Shown piece by piece: positions 1 through 8,982 of a stretch of 64,000 nt of DNA. The stretch spans positions 465 to 64,464 of the forward strand of contig JAZRDB010000006.1 in NCBI GenBank assembly GCA_045660045.1, read 5' to 3'. The notes beneath the pieces were generated by a model. It was not told where the DNA came from, made no database searches, and saw nothing but the letters and a program-made list of their open reading frames with translations. Source of the stretch: Alphaproteobacteria bacterium. GTDB lineage: Bacteria > Pseudomonadota > Alphaproteobacteria > CAAHEQ01 > UBA3637. The position numbers and the translations under genes were made by a program. Within the stretch, counting starts at the first letter, position 1. Each line of letters starts with the position of its first letter.

Positions 1-1
1 T

Positions 2-1141
2 GCCGAAAAAGCTAAAATTGAATTGTCCAGCGCCAATCAGACAGACATCAACTTGCCATTTATTACCGCCGATGCCACAGGTCCAAAACACTTAAATGTG
101 TCTATGACTCGTGCCAAATTGGAAAGCTTGGTGGAAGATTTGTTGGAACGCACCAAAGGACCAATGGAAAAGGCTTTGAAAGATGCAGGATTATCCAAAG
201 ACAAGATTGATGAAGTCATCTTGGTGGGCGGTATGACCCGTATGCCTGCGGTTCAAAAATTGGTCCAAGACTTCTTTGGTAAAGAACCCCATAAGGGTGT
301 AAACCCTGACGAAGTGGTGGCCATGGGTGCCGCTATTCAAGGTGGTGTGTTAAAAGGTGATGTGAAAGACGTCTTATTGTTGGATGTGACTCCACTTTCT
401 TTGGGTATTGAAACATTGGGCGGTGTGTTCACACGTTTGATTGATCGTAACACCACGATTCCAACAAAGAAATCTCAGGTGTTCTCTACCGCTGAGGATG
501 GTCAAACAGCTGTGACAATTCGTGTGTTCCAAGGTGAACGCGAAATTGCCCGTGACAATAAATTGTTGGGTCAATTTGATTTGGTGGGAATTCCGCCTGC
601 ACCGCGTGGTATGCCACAAATTGAAGTCAGTTTTGATATTGACGCCAACGGCATTGTGAATGTGTCGGCAAAAGATAAAGCAACCGGCAAAGAACAATCT
701 ATCCGCATTCAATCTTCTGGCGGATTGTCCGATGCAGATATTGAAAAGATGGTAAAAGACGCTGAAGCGCATGCCGAAGAGGATAAGAAGTTCAAAGAGG
801 CGGCTGATGCGAAGAACCATGCGGATGCTTTGATTGCTAGCACGGAAAAAATGCTGAAAGAAAATGGCGACAAGATTCAGCAAGCTGATAAAGATGCCAT
901 TGAAGCTTGTGTGAAAGAATTAAAGGAAGCCAGTGAAGCCAATGATACGGCACGTATCAAGGAAAAGACGGAAGCTTTACAAAATGCCAGCATGAAGATG
1001 GGCGAGGCGATGTATAAAGCGGCTCAGGCGGCACAAGGTGGCGCTGATGCGGCAGCTGGAGCAGGCGCCGAAGCTGGTGCGGAACAACCAAAGGCCGATG
1101 AAGAAGTGGTTGATGCCGACTATGAAGAAGTGAAAAAATAA
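2..1141 (+). CDS. dnaK: Chaperone DnaK (Hsp70), C-terminal ~380 aa; the 5' end lies outside the window
   Basis: The frame is open from base 2 ([10 protein letters not shown]...), and track ORF 23..1141 is the same frame. Hsp70 hallmarks are [15 protein letters not shown] and the [13 protein letters not shown] tail. dnaJ follows. Confidence 0.97.
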   Translation, partial: AEKAKIELSSANQTDINLPFITADATGPKHLNVSMTRAKLESLVEDLLERTKGPMEKALKDAGLSKDKIDEVILVGGMTRMPAVQKLVQDFFGKEPHKGVNPDEVVAMGAAIQGGVLKGDVKDVLLLDVTPLSLGIETLGGVFTRLIDRNTTIPTKKSQVFSTAEDGQTAVTIRVFQGEREIARDNKLLGQFDLVGIPPAPRGMPQIEVSFDIDANGIVNVSAKDKATGKEQSIRIQSSGGLSDADIEKMVKDAEAHAEEDKKFKEAADAKNHADALIASTEKMLKENGDKIQQADKDAIEACVKELKEASEANDTARIKEKTEALQNASMKMGEAMYKAAQAAQGGADAAAGAGAEAGAEQPKADEEVVDADYEEVKK

Positions 1142-1148
1142 GTAAATC

Positions 1149-1174
1149 GGGGTGGTTGAAAGCCACCCCTTTTT
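1149..1174 (+). terminator. Rho-independent hairpin between dnaK and dnaJ (terminator or attenuator)
   Basis: ggggtgg-ttgaaag-ccacccc is followed by ttttt, 8 nt after the dnaK stop. Confidence 0.6.
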
Positions 1175-1204
1175 ATGCTTTAATACGCATAAAGGATGAT
1201 GTAG

Positions 1205-2302
1205 ATGGCGGATTATTACGAAACATTAGGTGTTGATAAAACGGCCTCGTTTGATGAAATCAAGCGGGCTTTTCGCGTTAAAGCAATGGATTGCCATCCA
1301 GATCATCATGCGGGTGATCCCGAAGCAGAAAGGAAATTTAAAGAATTGGCTGAGGCCTATGAAGTTTTAAAGGATGAGGATAAGCGTGCCACCTATGATC
1401 GTGTGGGGCATGAAGCGTTTAAAGCTGGTATGGGTGGGCAAAGCGGATTCAACGGCTTTGACTTTTCTGGTATGGGTTTTGAAGATTTATTTGCTGAAAT
1501 GTTTGGGATGCGCCGTGGTCGCCCTCGTGGCAGCAAAGCACAAGGAGCCGATGTTCGTTATGATTTAGATATATCATTGGAAGAAGCTTATCACGGGCTC
1601 AAAAAAACAATCAATGTGAATACTTTTGTTGCCTGTGAATCTTGTAAAGGCGTTGGTGGAGAAGGATTGGATACTTGTGGTACCTGTGGTGGCATGGGTG
1701 TTGTGCGCCAACGTCAAGGCTTTTTTGTGATGGAAACAACCTGTCCTGTTTGTCATGGCACGGGTAAAGTGATTAAAAAGCCATGCAAAGATTGTTCTGG
1801 CACAGGGCGTGTGCGCAAAAAACGTGATTTGGAAATCACGATTCCGACTGGCGTGGATACGGGTGTGCGAATGCGCTTGGCGGGCGAAGGTGATGTGGCA
1901 TCAAATGGTGGTATTGCTGGCGATATGTATGTCTTTATCAATGTGAAACCTCACAAATTGTTTGAACGCCAAGGTGATGATTTGTATGTGACTGTCCCAG
2001 TGCCAATGGTGACAGCTGCTTTGGGGGGCGAAGTGTTTGTGCCAACTTTGGATGGCAAGGGCGAAAATTACACTTTAAAAGCCGGTTTGCAATCTGGCAC
2101 GCAAGTCAAAATTAAAGGCAAGGGTATGCCCGTATTGAAATCCGATAGGTTTGGTGACTTGTATGTGACCTTCCGCGTGGAAACTCCAACGAATTTAACC
2201 AGCGAACAAAAAGAGTTGTTGCGACAGTTTGAAAAGGGAAGCAAGAAAAACTCGTCTATTTGCGACGAATTTAAAAATTTAGTCAGCAAGATTTTTGGAT
2301 AA
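1205..2302 (+). CDS. dnaJ: Co-chaperone DnaJ
   Basis: J-domain with HPD (CHPDHH), a G/F-rich linker, and four CxxCxGxG zinc-finger motifs (CESCKGVG, CGTCGGMG, CPVCHGTG, CKDCSGTG). Confidence 0.95.
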   Translation: MADYYETLGVDKTASFDEIKRAFRVKAMDCHPDHHAGDPEAERKFKELAEAYEVLKDEDKRATYDRVGHEAFKAGMGGQSGFNGFDFSGMGFEDLFAEMFGMRRGRPRGSKAQGADVRYDLDISLEEAYHGLKKTINVNTFVACESCKGVGGEGLDTCGTCGGMGVVRQRQGFFVMETTCPVCHGTGKVIKKPCKDCSGTGRVRKKRDLEITIPTGVDTGVRMRLAGEGDVASNGGIAGDMYVFINVKPHKLFERQGDDLYVTVPVPMVTAALGGEVFVPTLDGKGENYTLKAGLQSGTQVKIKGKGMPVLKSDRFGDLYVTFRVETPTNLTSEQKELLRQFEKGSKKNSSICDEFKNLVSKIFG

Positions 2303-2362
2303 ACTTGACAAAAATACAATTTTGTGCTAGAATAATGGGTACTTTTTATAGAGGAGAACCCT

Positions 2363-3199
2363 GTGATTCAATTAAAACGCTTGCTCAGAAAAATAGATGA
2401 GCAAAAAAAGGTCTATAGGATCTTACTAAATAGGAGTCGTTTTCGTAAGGATCTAGAAGATTTCATTTGGACAACGGCCGCTGATTTAACCAGCCGGTTT
2501 GATATGAATGATTCTATTTCTCCTCAACAAACTCTGAAAGAGAATAAGAAAGGTTTGTTGTTAGCCTTTAATATGGTGCGCGACGCACCGAAAACGACCC
2601 TAAGTGCTCCCTTTATGGTGGCGACACACGCCCAAGCCTTGGCATTTTCTAATCCAAATGCAACTTGGTATTTAAGAAGTATGCACGCCAGATGGTTGAA
2701 TTCGACCATGGTGTTGGCAAATCCAGCCAAAGTTCCATATTTAGTGGATCAGTTGCTTAAAGGGATTAATATGCAAAAAGTGCCGGCTTTTTATTGGGAT
2801 GAACTTCCGGATCGTCAGTTTCAAATGCAAGCACAGCATCCGATTATGCAGGCGATAGAAACAAATTACAACATTGTGGCAATTCATCCTTTTACAGATG
2901 GAAATAAAAGAGCTGCAAGGTTGATTTCTGCATGGGTGTTAGATAAATATGGCCATATTCCGTTATCGATTTATGACAGGGATGGTTATATTTCAAGCAT
3001 TGAAGATTATTTTAACACAAGGCGCCCCCATATGTTTTATCAAATAATGCTTGATCAAATGCGTCAAAGTTATGATCAGGCGATCCGTGAAGCGCGCATT
3101 TTGGACAGCATCCGAATTTATCCGTCCGCCAATCAACAAATAAGCAAAAAGCGGATTAACGCAAAACGGGTTTGCCTAAATCTGGATCATAGACAATAG
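2363..3199 (+). CDS. Fic/Doc-fold protein with a Doc-type active-site motif
   Basis: GTG start 7 nt after gaggag. Motif HPFTDGNKRAAR is at nt 2885-2920 (HxFxDGNKRxxR, with K where AMPylating Fic proteins have G). Confidence 0.7.
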   Translation: MIQLKRLLRKIDEQKKVYRILLNRSRFRKDLEDFIWTTAADLTSRFDMNDSISPQQTLKENKKGLLLAFNMVRDAPKTTLSAPFMVATHAQALAFSNPNATWYLRSMHARWLNSTMVLANPAKVPYLVDQLLKGINMQKVPAFYWDELPDRQFQMQAQHPIMQAIETNYNIVAIHPFTDGNKRAARLISAWVLDKYGHIPLSIYDRDGYISSIEDYFNTRRPHMFYQIMLDQMRQSYDQAIREARILDSIRIYPSANQQISKKRINAKRVCLNLDHRQ

Positions 3200-4295
3200 A
3201 TAGCTTGCCAGCCTGTAAAGCTTGGGCAGATTCGCCAAAAACTTTTTTGCGCCAACCATTTAAAAAAGGCGCTTGCCCTGTTTGCACAAAAGTGTTGATA
3301 TCGGACTGAATAGCAACTAATTTGGGTGCAACATCGTAATTTTCCGCACAAATATCCAATACAAGTTTCAAAATTTCGGCCAAATTATGTTGCTTGGCGG
3401 TCAATGGTTTTTGCTGCACAGGTTGTTCAAATGTGGCGGGATTATCTTTGATTGCTTTGGCAATCACACTTAATAATTCTTTGGCTAAATCACTTTTGCC
3501 ATAGCCATCTGAAAATGATCTAAGGGAATCAATTTGCTCACCAGACGTTGGCAGGGCAATGGCCAATTCAATTAAGGCCTCATCTTTCATAATATATTTT
3601 TTTGGTCGATCTTTTTGCTGAGCAACGCTTTCGCGCCAGGCATAAAGTCGTGCAAAAACATGCAGATTTAATGGCTTTTTAAAGGGCACCTTCACCTTTT
3701 TCCACAATTCGTTTGGATCGGGTTCATAAGTTTTAGGATTCACCAATTCGGCCATTTCTTCGGTTAGCCAATCCAATCGATTTTGCCCACAAATTTTTTC
3801 CATCATTTTGGTGTAGACAGTTCTTAATTCAACAACATCATGTAAAGCATATTGAATTTGTTCTTCGGTTAAGGGACGTTTGGACCAATCGGTCACACGC
3901 ATAGTTTTGTCCAACGATATGCCGACAAAGTCATTGACTAATTGTTGATAACTGACATTGTCCCCATAACCACAAACCATGGCGCCAACCTGAGTGTCAA
4001 AAACAGGAACAGGAATTTGGTGCGACAAATGATAAAAAATTTCAATATCTTGTCGACAAGCGTGAAAGACCTTAATTACCTTTTTGTTTTGAAATAGTTC
4101 GAATAAGGGTTCTAAATTCAAATCCTTTGATAAAGGGTCGATACAGACGGCTTCATCGGGGCTGGCTAATTGAATTAAACAAACTTGTGGATAATAGGTT
4201 TTTTCACGAATAAACTCTGTGTCCACTGTGACAAAAGGGTGTTTTGAAAAGCGGGTACAAAGGGCGGTCAATTCTTTTGTTGTTGTAATTATCAT
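3156..4295 (-). CDS. rnd: Ribonuclease D
   Basis: DEDD 3'-5' exonuclease N-terminus (VTVDTEF, YALHDV) followed by HRDC-like C-terminal regions. Length is typical at 379 aa. Confidence 0.9.
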   Translation of the reverse strand: MIITTTKELTALCTRFSKHPFVTVDTEFIREKTYYPQVCLIQLASPDEAVCIDPLSKDLNLEPLFELFQNKKVIKVFHACRQDIEIFYHLSHQIPVPVFDTQVGAMVCGYGDNVSYQQLVNDFVGISLDKTMRVTDWSKRPLTEEQIQYALHDVVELRTVYTKMMEKICGQNRLDWLTEEMAELVNPKTYEPDPNELWKKVKVPFKKPLNLHVFARLYAWRESVAQQKDRPKKYIMKDEALIELAIALPTSGEQIDSLRSFSDGYGKSDLAKELLSVIAKAIKDNPATFEQPVQQKPLTAKQHNLAEILKLVLDICAENYDVAPKLVAIQSDINTFVQTGQAPFLNGWRKKVFGESAQALQAGKLSIVYDPDLGKPVLR

Positions 4296-4355
4296 AGACC
4301 TTATTATAGCGTTTTTTCACTTGATTTGCAAGAAATCTTTGTTTATCATAGGACT

Positions 4356-5132
4356 ATGCAAAAATTATGGGATGAAAAAGCACTTTTTTTACATAAAATT
4401 TTGGATGGCAAAGTTCGCTTGGTTGGTGGTTGTGTCCGTGATTTTTTGCTGCATAAACGTTTTGAGGATCGAGATATGGCGACAACTTTGACTCCCGATG
4501 AAGTTGTAGCATATTTGGAGAAAAACAAAATTCCTTATTTGGATATCGGACGTGCTTTTGGAACAATTGTGGCCAAGGTGGATGGGACGCCGTTCGAAAT
4601 TACAACGCTCAGAAAAGATATTCAAACGGATGGGCGACATGCGGTTGTTGGTTTCACAAAATCATGGGCAACAGATGCCCGTCGTCGAGATTTTACCATT
4701 AACGCTTTGTATGCGGATAAGAATGGCAAAATTTATGATTATGTTGGCGGCCTAAAAGATTTAAAAGCAAATCGTTTATGCTTTATTGGTCCCGCGCTTC
4801 AAAGGATGAAAGAGGATCATTTGCGTTTGCTCCGATATTTTCGGTTTTGGGCCAAAACAAAAAGCAAAGATATAAACAAGGATGTTATAAAAGCGTTGCC
4901 CCAAATCATCCCATTGTTGGCAACATTGTCTGTGGATCGGCGTCGCGACGAAATGTTTAAAATTATTGTGGGCCCTCGTGCCAATACGACATTAAAGATG
5001 ATGAAAAAATATCATGTTTTAACAGATGACTTATTAAAAATATCTTTTTCCAAAAAACAGCAAAAAGCCTTTAAGGAATGGCAGCTGGAAAAAATGCTTG
5101 AAACTTTTGGATTTTCGGGGTATAAGAAATAA
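4356..5132 (+). CDS. Short tRNA nucleotidyltransferase / poly(A) polymerase family protein (head and neck only)
   Basis: GGCVRDFLL and DRD metal motif, RRDFTINALY, EDHLRLLRYFRF. The ATG at 4356 is preferred over the TTG at 4326. It is about 258 aa, whereas family members I recall are about 400 aa. Confidence 0.7.
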   Translation: MQKLWDEKALFLHKILDGKVRLVGGCVRDFLLHKRFEDRDMATTLTPDEVVAYLEKNKIPYLDIGRAFGTIVAKVDGTPFEITTLRKDIQTDGRHAVVGFTKSWATDARRRDFTINALYADKNGKIYDYVGGLKDLKANRLCFIGPALQRMKEDHLRLLRYFRFWAKTKSKDINKDVIKALPQIIPLLATLSVDRRRDEMFKIIVGPRANTTLKMMKKYHVLTDDLLKISFSKKQQKAFKEWQLEKMLETFGFSGYKK

Positions 5133-5146
5133 AAAAGGAGATGAAA

Positions 5147-5656
5147 ATGACAAAACACAACAATGAATCTGGTCGTACCATGTTGGAAATGTTGGGCGTT
5201 TTGGCCATCATGGGTGTGATTATGTATGGTGCCATTGCGGGCATTGGTTTTGGTGTGAATATGTATAAAATCAACGCAACCTTTAATGAGGCAGAAGAAT
5301 TATCTCAAGGCATTATTGATCTTTATTCTTGGCGGCAAGGATATCCAACGGCGGACAAAATCGTGGACGCGGTTGTTGCTAATGATGTTCTATCAGGTGC
5401 GGAAGAAACCGGTGAGACATCTATAAATGCTCCATTTGGAGACTTTGTGATTACCGCTGCAGATGATGCAGGAGACAATCATTATAAAAAATTTGCAATT
5501 CAAATTAATGGGTTGCCATTGATTGCATGTTCAAGATTGCAGGTTATGTCATTTGCTAACATGAACGTTGTACAATTTGGAGAAGACAGTGGAATCCGAG
5601 GATGTACAACCGACTGTTCAAATGAGCCGGGTAATGTTTGTTTGGTGTTACGTTAA
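5147..5656 (+). CDS. Type IV pilin / pseudopilin-like protein (class III signal peptide)
   Basis: aaggag RBS. N-terminus is MTKHNNESG|RTMLEMLGVLAIMGVIMYG: a short basic leader, Gly, Glu at +5, then a hydrophobic helix. Two Cys lie near the C-terminus. The alternative start is 5141. Confidence 0.6.
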   Translation: MTKHNNESGRTMLEMLGVLAIMGVIMYGAIAGIGFGVNMYKINATFNEAEELSQGIIDLYSWRQGYPTADKIVDAVVANDVLSGAEETGETSINAPFGDFVITAADDAGDNHYKKFAIQINGLPLIACSRLQVMSFANMNVVQFGEDSGIRGCTTDCSNEPGNVCLVLR

Positions 5657-6549
5657 TCCAACAACTTTTTAACAAATTCTCGATTTTGTTTTTGATAATG
5701 TGAATGTTTTAACAACATTTCCAATTGGCATTGCTCATATAATGCTAAATTGCCGGTATCCAGCATTTGGTCGTCATCAGATTTTAAGAACATTTCCACC
5801 TTAAAGCCATTGGCTTCTCCGCCTTGATCCAAAAAGTCATTTAATGAATTCATGTATAACCATTCTTTATGCTGTTCTTTTGCTTCTTTAATTTGGGCTG
5901 GGCCTTGCTTGATCAAAAATTGAATGACCTGCGATGGTAAAATCACGGGTGAATAACCAGCCACGTGATTAATTGGTTTTTTGGGTTTTTCTACAATTCG
6001 GTTGCTAACCAAAATAGCGTTATTGCTGACATCTTCTTTAATAAGTCCAGTTAAAAGTGCTGTTTTGGGATTTTGAAGAAAGGCACTTAATAATTTTTTA
6101 ATATGAGGAGATTTGGAATCTTTGGAAACAACCAAATCGTCTGGAAAAATTAAAACAACATGGCGATCTTGAATGGCGTCGCGCGCAACATACAAAACAT
6201 GTCCTGTCCCTAAAGGTTCGTCTTGAATGACAAATTTTAAGTCGACATCATCTGGCAAGAAAGTATTTTTTAAAATACCAGCAATATCGTTTTTCCCTTT
6301 TTTGCGTAATTTTTCTTCTGTTTTTGTGTCTGTGGCCAAAGCATGCTTGAAATCATCAATCACCTTTTGGTTGGAGCAAACAAAAGTAATATGGCGTCCA
6401 CCCGCGCGGATAATATCTTGTAATGTATAATCAATAATGCGCATATCGCCCATTGGCAATAATGATTTGTGGGCAATGGCTTTGGAATGGGGAAAATTGC
6501 GGGTGCATTCACCAGCGGCAGCAATAACGAATTCAATATTGTCGTACAT
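5653..6549 (-). CDS. GalU-like sugar-1-phosphate nucleotidyltransferase (divergent)
   Basis: It aligns by eye to UTP-glucose-1-P uridylyltransferase (AAGECTRNFPHSKAI.., DEPLGTGHV, VEKPK). The GxGTR signature reads GECTR. Confidence 0.55.
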   Translation of the reverse strand: MYDNIEFVIAAAGECTRNFPHSKAIAHKSLLPMGDMRIIDYTLQDIIRAGGRHITFVCSNQKVIDDFKHALATDTKTEEKLRKKGKNDIAGILKNTFLPDDVDLKFVIQDEPLGTGHVLYVARDAIQDRHVVLIFPDDLVVSKDSKSPHIKKLLSAFLQNPKTALLTGLIKEDVSNNAILVSNRIVEKPKKPINHVAGYSPVILPSQVIQFLIKQGPAQIKEAKEQHKEWLYMNSLNDFLDQGGEANGFKVEMFLKSDDDQMLDTGNLALYEQCQLEMLLKHSHYQKQNREFVKKLLD

Positions 6550-6550
6550 G

Positions 6551-7180
6551 TTAAACTCCTTCAGTTAATTGAATAAAGCTAAATTGTCGCGCGGGATCTT
6601 CTTTATTCCGGCGATAACTATTGTAAGCAGAATCAGAAAAGGTATCAATGGCATGTGTGTCAACATGTTGTACCCCAGCCCGTTTTAAGCGGTGTAGGAT
6701 ATAACCTGTGAAATCAAAATAAAGCCCCGTTTCACGCAATTCAAAAAAATGATGTTCTGTTTTGGGAAATAAAGATTGCATGTCAGAAGACACCTGAAAA
6801 TTCTTTTTGGTTAAATGTGGGCCAATGGCGACATGAATATTGGGAATTGTTGCGCCCATTTGCAATAAGGTCAATAGGGTGTTTTCCAAAATTCCTTGAA
6901 AGGCGCCTTTCCATCCTGCGTGTGTGGCGGCTATAACTTTCGCGACAGGATCGAAAAACAAGACGGGAGCACAATCTGCCGTCTTTACAGTCAATTTTAA
7001 ATTTGGCGTGTGTGTTGCCAAGGCATCACATGAAGGAGGGGTGATTGGTTTTTGATCTAGAATAATTACATCCACTCCATGAACTTGATTCATTAAAATG
7101 GGATCTTGAAGGCTGGGACTTTCTGCGGCATTGCAAAAACCGGCTTGCACACAGGAAAAATCTTGAAATACAGAAATCAT
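6551..7180 (-). CDS. pgeF: YfiH/PgeF family laccase-domain protein
   Basis: Family motifs are present: NQVHG..V, CDAL.T, TADCAPV, ATHAGWKG. Confidence 0.8.
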   Translation of the reverse strand: MISVFQDFSCVQAGFCNAAESPSLQDPILMNQVHGVDVIILDQKPITPPSCDALATHTPNLKLTVKTADCAPVLFFDPVAKVIAATHAGWKGAFQGILENTLLTLLQMGATIPNIHVAIGPHLTKKNFQVSSDMQSLFPKTEHHFFELRETGLYFDFTGYILHRLKRAGVQHVDTHAIDTFSDSAYNSYRRNKEDPARQFSFIQLTEGV

Positions 7181-7764
7181 TTATGTAATTCCTCCAAATG
7201 CTTTTGAAGTTGTGAAAGCCGTCTTTTTTCGCGCAAAATATGATAGTCCTTTAAAAGTTGTAAGGTCAGATGAGAGCCAAGCCAATAACCCACAATCATC
7301 CATGGGGTGCATCCAATAATCATAGCAAGGCCCCAATCTTGTAAAAGTAATTTAAAAAACAGCGCCCATTCATCAACAAATGATAAATCAGACATAAATG
7401 TTTGATGGATGATGCTTTTGAGGTGGCTATATCCGCTGATGGAATCCCAATGGCCCATCATCATTTGTCCAGTTACATAAAACACATAATAAATTGGAAC
7501 CAATGTAAAGACGTTGGAAATCCATGTAAAAGCTAATCCCAAAGGCAGAGAGAATGACGTTTTTAAAACTTTTTTATAAAAAATCCACGTCATGGAAACA
7601 AGCCACATTTGAATGCCCACCAATGGTGTCATTGCCCACATTGTACCAATAGCAACCCCGCGAGCCGTGTATTCTGGCGGATGTGGTGAACGAATAATGG
7701 GAATCAATAACCGTTTTTTGCACAGACGACCAATGTTTTGAAACCAAGTGTGTCTTTTTGCCAT
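7177..7764 (-). CDS. DUF2062 family membrane protein
   Basis: N-terminal SPHPPEYTARGVAIGTMWAMTPLVGIQ followed by multiple TM helices. It has a 4-nt overlap with pgeF. Confidence 0.65.
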   Translation of the reverse strand: MAKRHTWFQNIGRLCKKRLLIPIIRSPHPPEYTARGVAIGTMWAMTPLVGIQMWLVSMTWIFYKKVLKTSFSLPLGLAFTWISNVFTLVPIYYVFYVTGQMMMGHWDSISGYSHLKSIIHQTFMSDLSFVDEWALFFKLLLQDWGLAMIIGCTPWMIVGYWLGSHLTLQLLKDYHILREKRRLSQLQKHLEELHK

Positions 7765-8583
7765 TTACGTCTCCTGATGGAAAACAATATTTTTCTTGGA
7801 AAACAGAATAAAGAAAAGGCCCAATAAAATCATGGGAATGCATAGGATTTGCCCCATGCTGAATCCCTGCCATATAAGCCCTAGATGGACATCGGGTTCG
7901 CGTGTGTATTCCAAGAAAAAGCGACCAATGCCGTAAAGGATAAAGAACAGTCCGGTTGTTGTGCCTCGACGATTGCGAATGGCAGGAACGAACCACCATA
8001 GTGCATTTAGTATTAAAAAGAGCAAAACACCTTCGACAGCTGCTTCATATAATTGGCTGGGGTGGCGGGGTTCAGGCCCCCCATCTGGAAAAATCATAGC
8101 CCAAGGAACAGCACGTGTCACACGTCCGAATAATTCGCCATTAATAAAGTTTGCCAATCGACCCAAGAATAATCCGACGGGAGCAACACACACTAAGATA
8201 TCCCCCATCGTAAACAAAGAAATTTGACGTTTCCAAGAAAATAAAATAGTAGCCACCATAACCCCCAGCAAACCACCATGAAAAGACATGCCACCTTGCC
8301 AAACGGCCAATATTTGGGCAGGGAATTCGGAATAATATCTGAGGTTGTAAAATAGGCAATATCCCAATCGTCCCCCCAAGATAATGCCGATTGTCGCCCA
8401 AATCAAAAAGTCATCAATTTTTAATACGGTAAAGGTGCTGTTGGATTTTTTGGACATCTGTCTGGCTAACCACCATGCTCCCAAAATACCAAAGATGTAG
8501 GCCAATGAGTACCAACGCACGGCAAACCATCCCCATTGAAACAAAACGGGATTAATTTCTGGGAAAGGAATACCTGGGTACAT
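7765..8583 (-). CDS. lgt: Prolipoprotein diacylglyceryl transferase
   Basis: Lgt signatures are present: RWYSLAYI, GGRLGY, GGMSFHGGLLG, GRLANFINGELFGR. Confidence 0.93.
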   Translation of the reverse strand: MYPGIPFPEINPVLFQWGWFAVRWYSLAYIFGILGAWWLARQMSKKSNSTFTVLKIDDFLIWATIGIILGGRLGYCLFYNLRYYSEFPAQILAVWQGGMSFHGGLLGVMVATILFSWKRQISLFTMGDILVCVAPVGLFLGRLANFINGELFGRVTRAVPWAMIFPDGGPEPRHPSQLYEAAVEGVLLFLILNALWWFVPAIRNRRGTTTGLFFILYGIGRFFLEYTREPDVHLGLIWQGFSMGQILCIPMILLGLFFILFSKKNIVFHQET

Positions 8584-8607
8584 AAAGCCTCCTATTTCTT
8601 AAAATAA

Positions 8608-8636
8608 AATGTATCTAAAACACGGCAAAATGTCAA
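8608..8636 (-). promoter_or_regulatory. Putative sigma70 promoter of the lgt operon
   Basis: On the minus strand: TTGACA (8636-8631), a 17-nt spacer, then TACATT (8613-8608). Confidence 0.4.
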
Positions 8637-8902
8637 GTAAAACAAATATAAAGCTTGAAAAATTACTTGACAAATATTAGAACAAGGTAAAACCATTTCC
8701 ACATTTTTTCAAGACGTTTTTATGATAAAGATTGAAAGAGAATTGGATGAAAATAGCCGATTTCGGGGTATGGTAATTAAAACATCAGGGAGACAAAAAT
8801 CAAAAATTGGGAGTCATCCCTGTTATAAGCGGAATTCCAAACAGCGATGGAATTTGAAAAAGTATGAAAGCATACTATCATAGCTGTCGTTAAATATTAT
8901 TA

Positions 8903-8930
8903 TTGACAAATAAAAAGTTTGTGTTATAAT
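8903..8930 (+). promoter_or_regulatory. Putative sigma70 promoter of rho
   Basis: TTGACA (8903-8908), a 16-nt spacer, then TATAAT (8925-8930), about 50 nt upstream of the rho ATG. Confidence 0.5.
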
Positions 8931-8982
8931 ATAAAGCGTGGTCAACAGATCACATTCTTATTTAATTTTCCAAAGGACGAAT

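Noticed and set aside
374-883. 169-aa minus-strand ORF, and other short ORFs, inside dnaK
   Set aside because: It is antisense to an unmistakable Hsp70 coding frame. The product is low-complexity with no RBS, so it is a shadow ORF.
3156-3199. 44-nt convergent overlap of the Fic/Doc gene and rnd, as a possible antisense regulatory device
   Set aside because: Several convergent pairs in this compact window also overlap (5653-5656, 21188-21191, 43840-43843, 47256-47261). This is most simply genome compaction. The Fic C-terminus could also end earlier if its tail is non-functional.
4219-4491. 90-aa plus-strand ORF across the rnd / nucleotidyltransferase divergent region
   Set aside because: It overlaps the 5' ends of both real genes. 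Its hydrophobic, low-complexity product is typical of AT-rich off-frame translation.
7574-7999. 141-aa minus-strand ORF spanning the lgt/DUF2062 boundary
   Set aside because: It is out of frame with two family-recognisable genes that abut each other exactly at 7764/7765.
8938-8982. GTG-initiated 15-codon N-terminal extension of rho in the ORF track
   Set aside because: The GTG lies 8 nt from the predicted -10 hexamer. The canonical Rho N-terminus (MQLQDLK...) starts at ATG 8983, behind an RBS.
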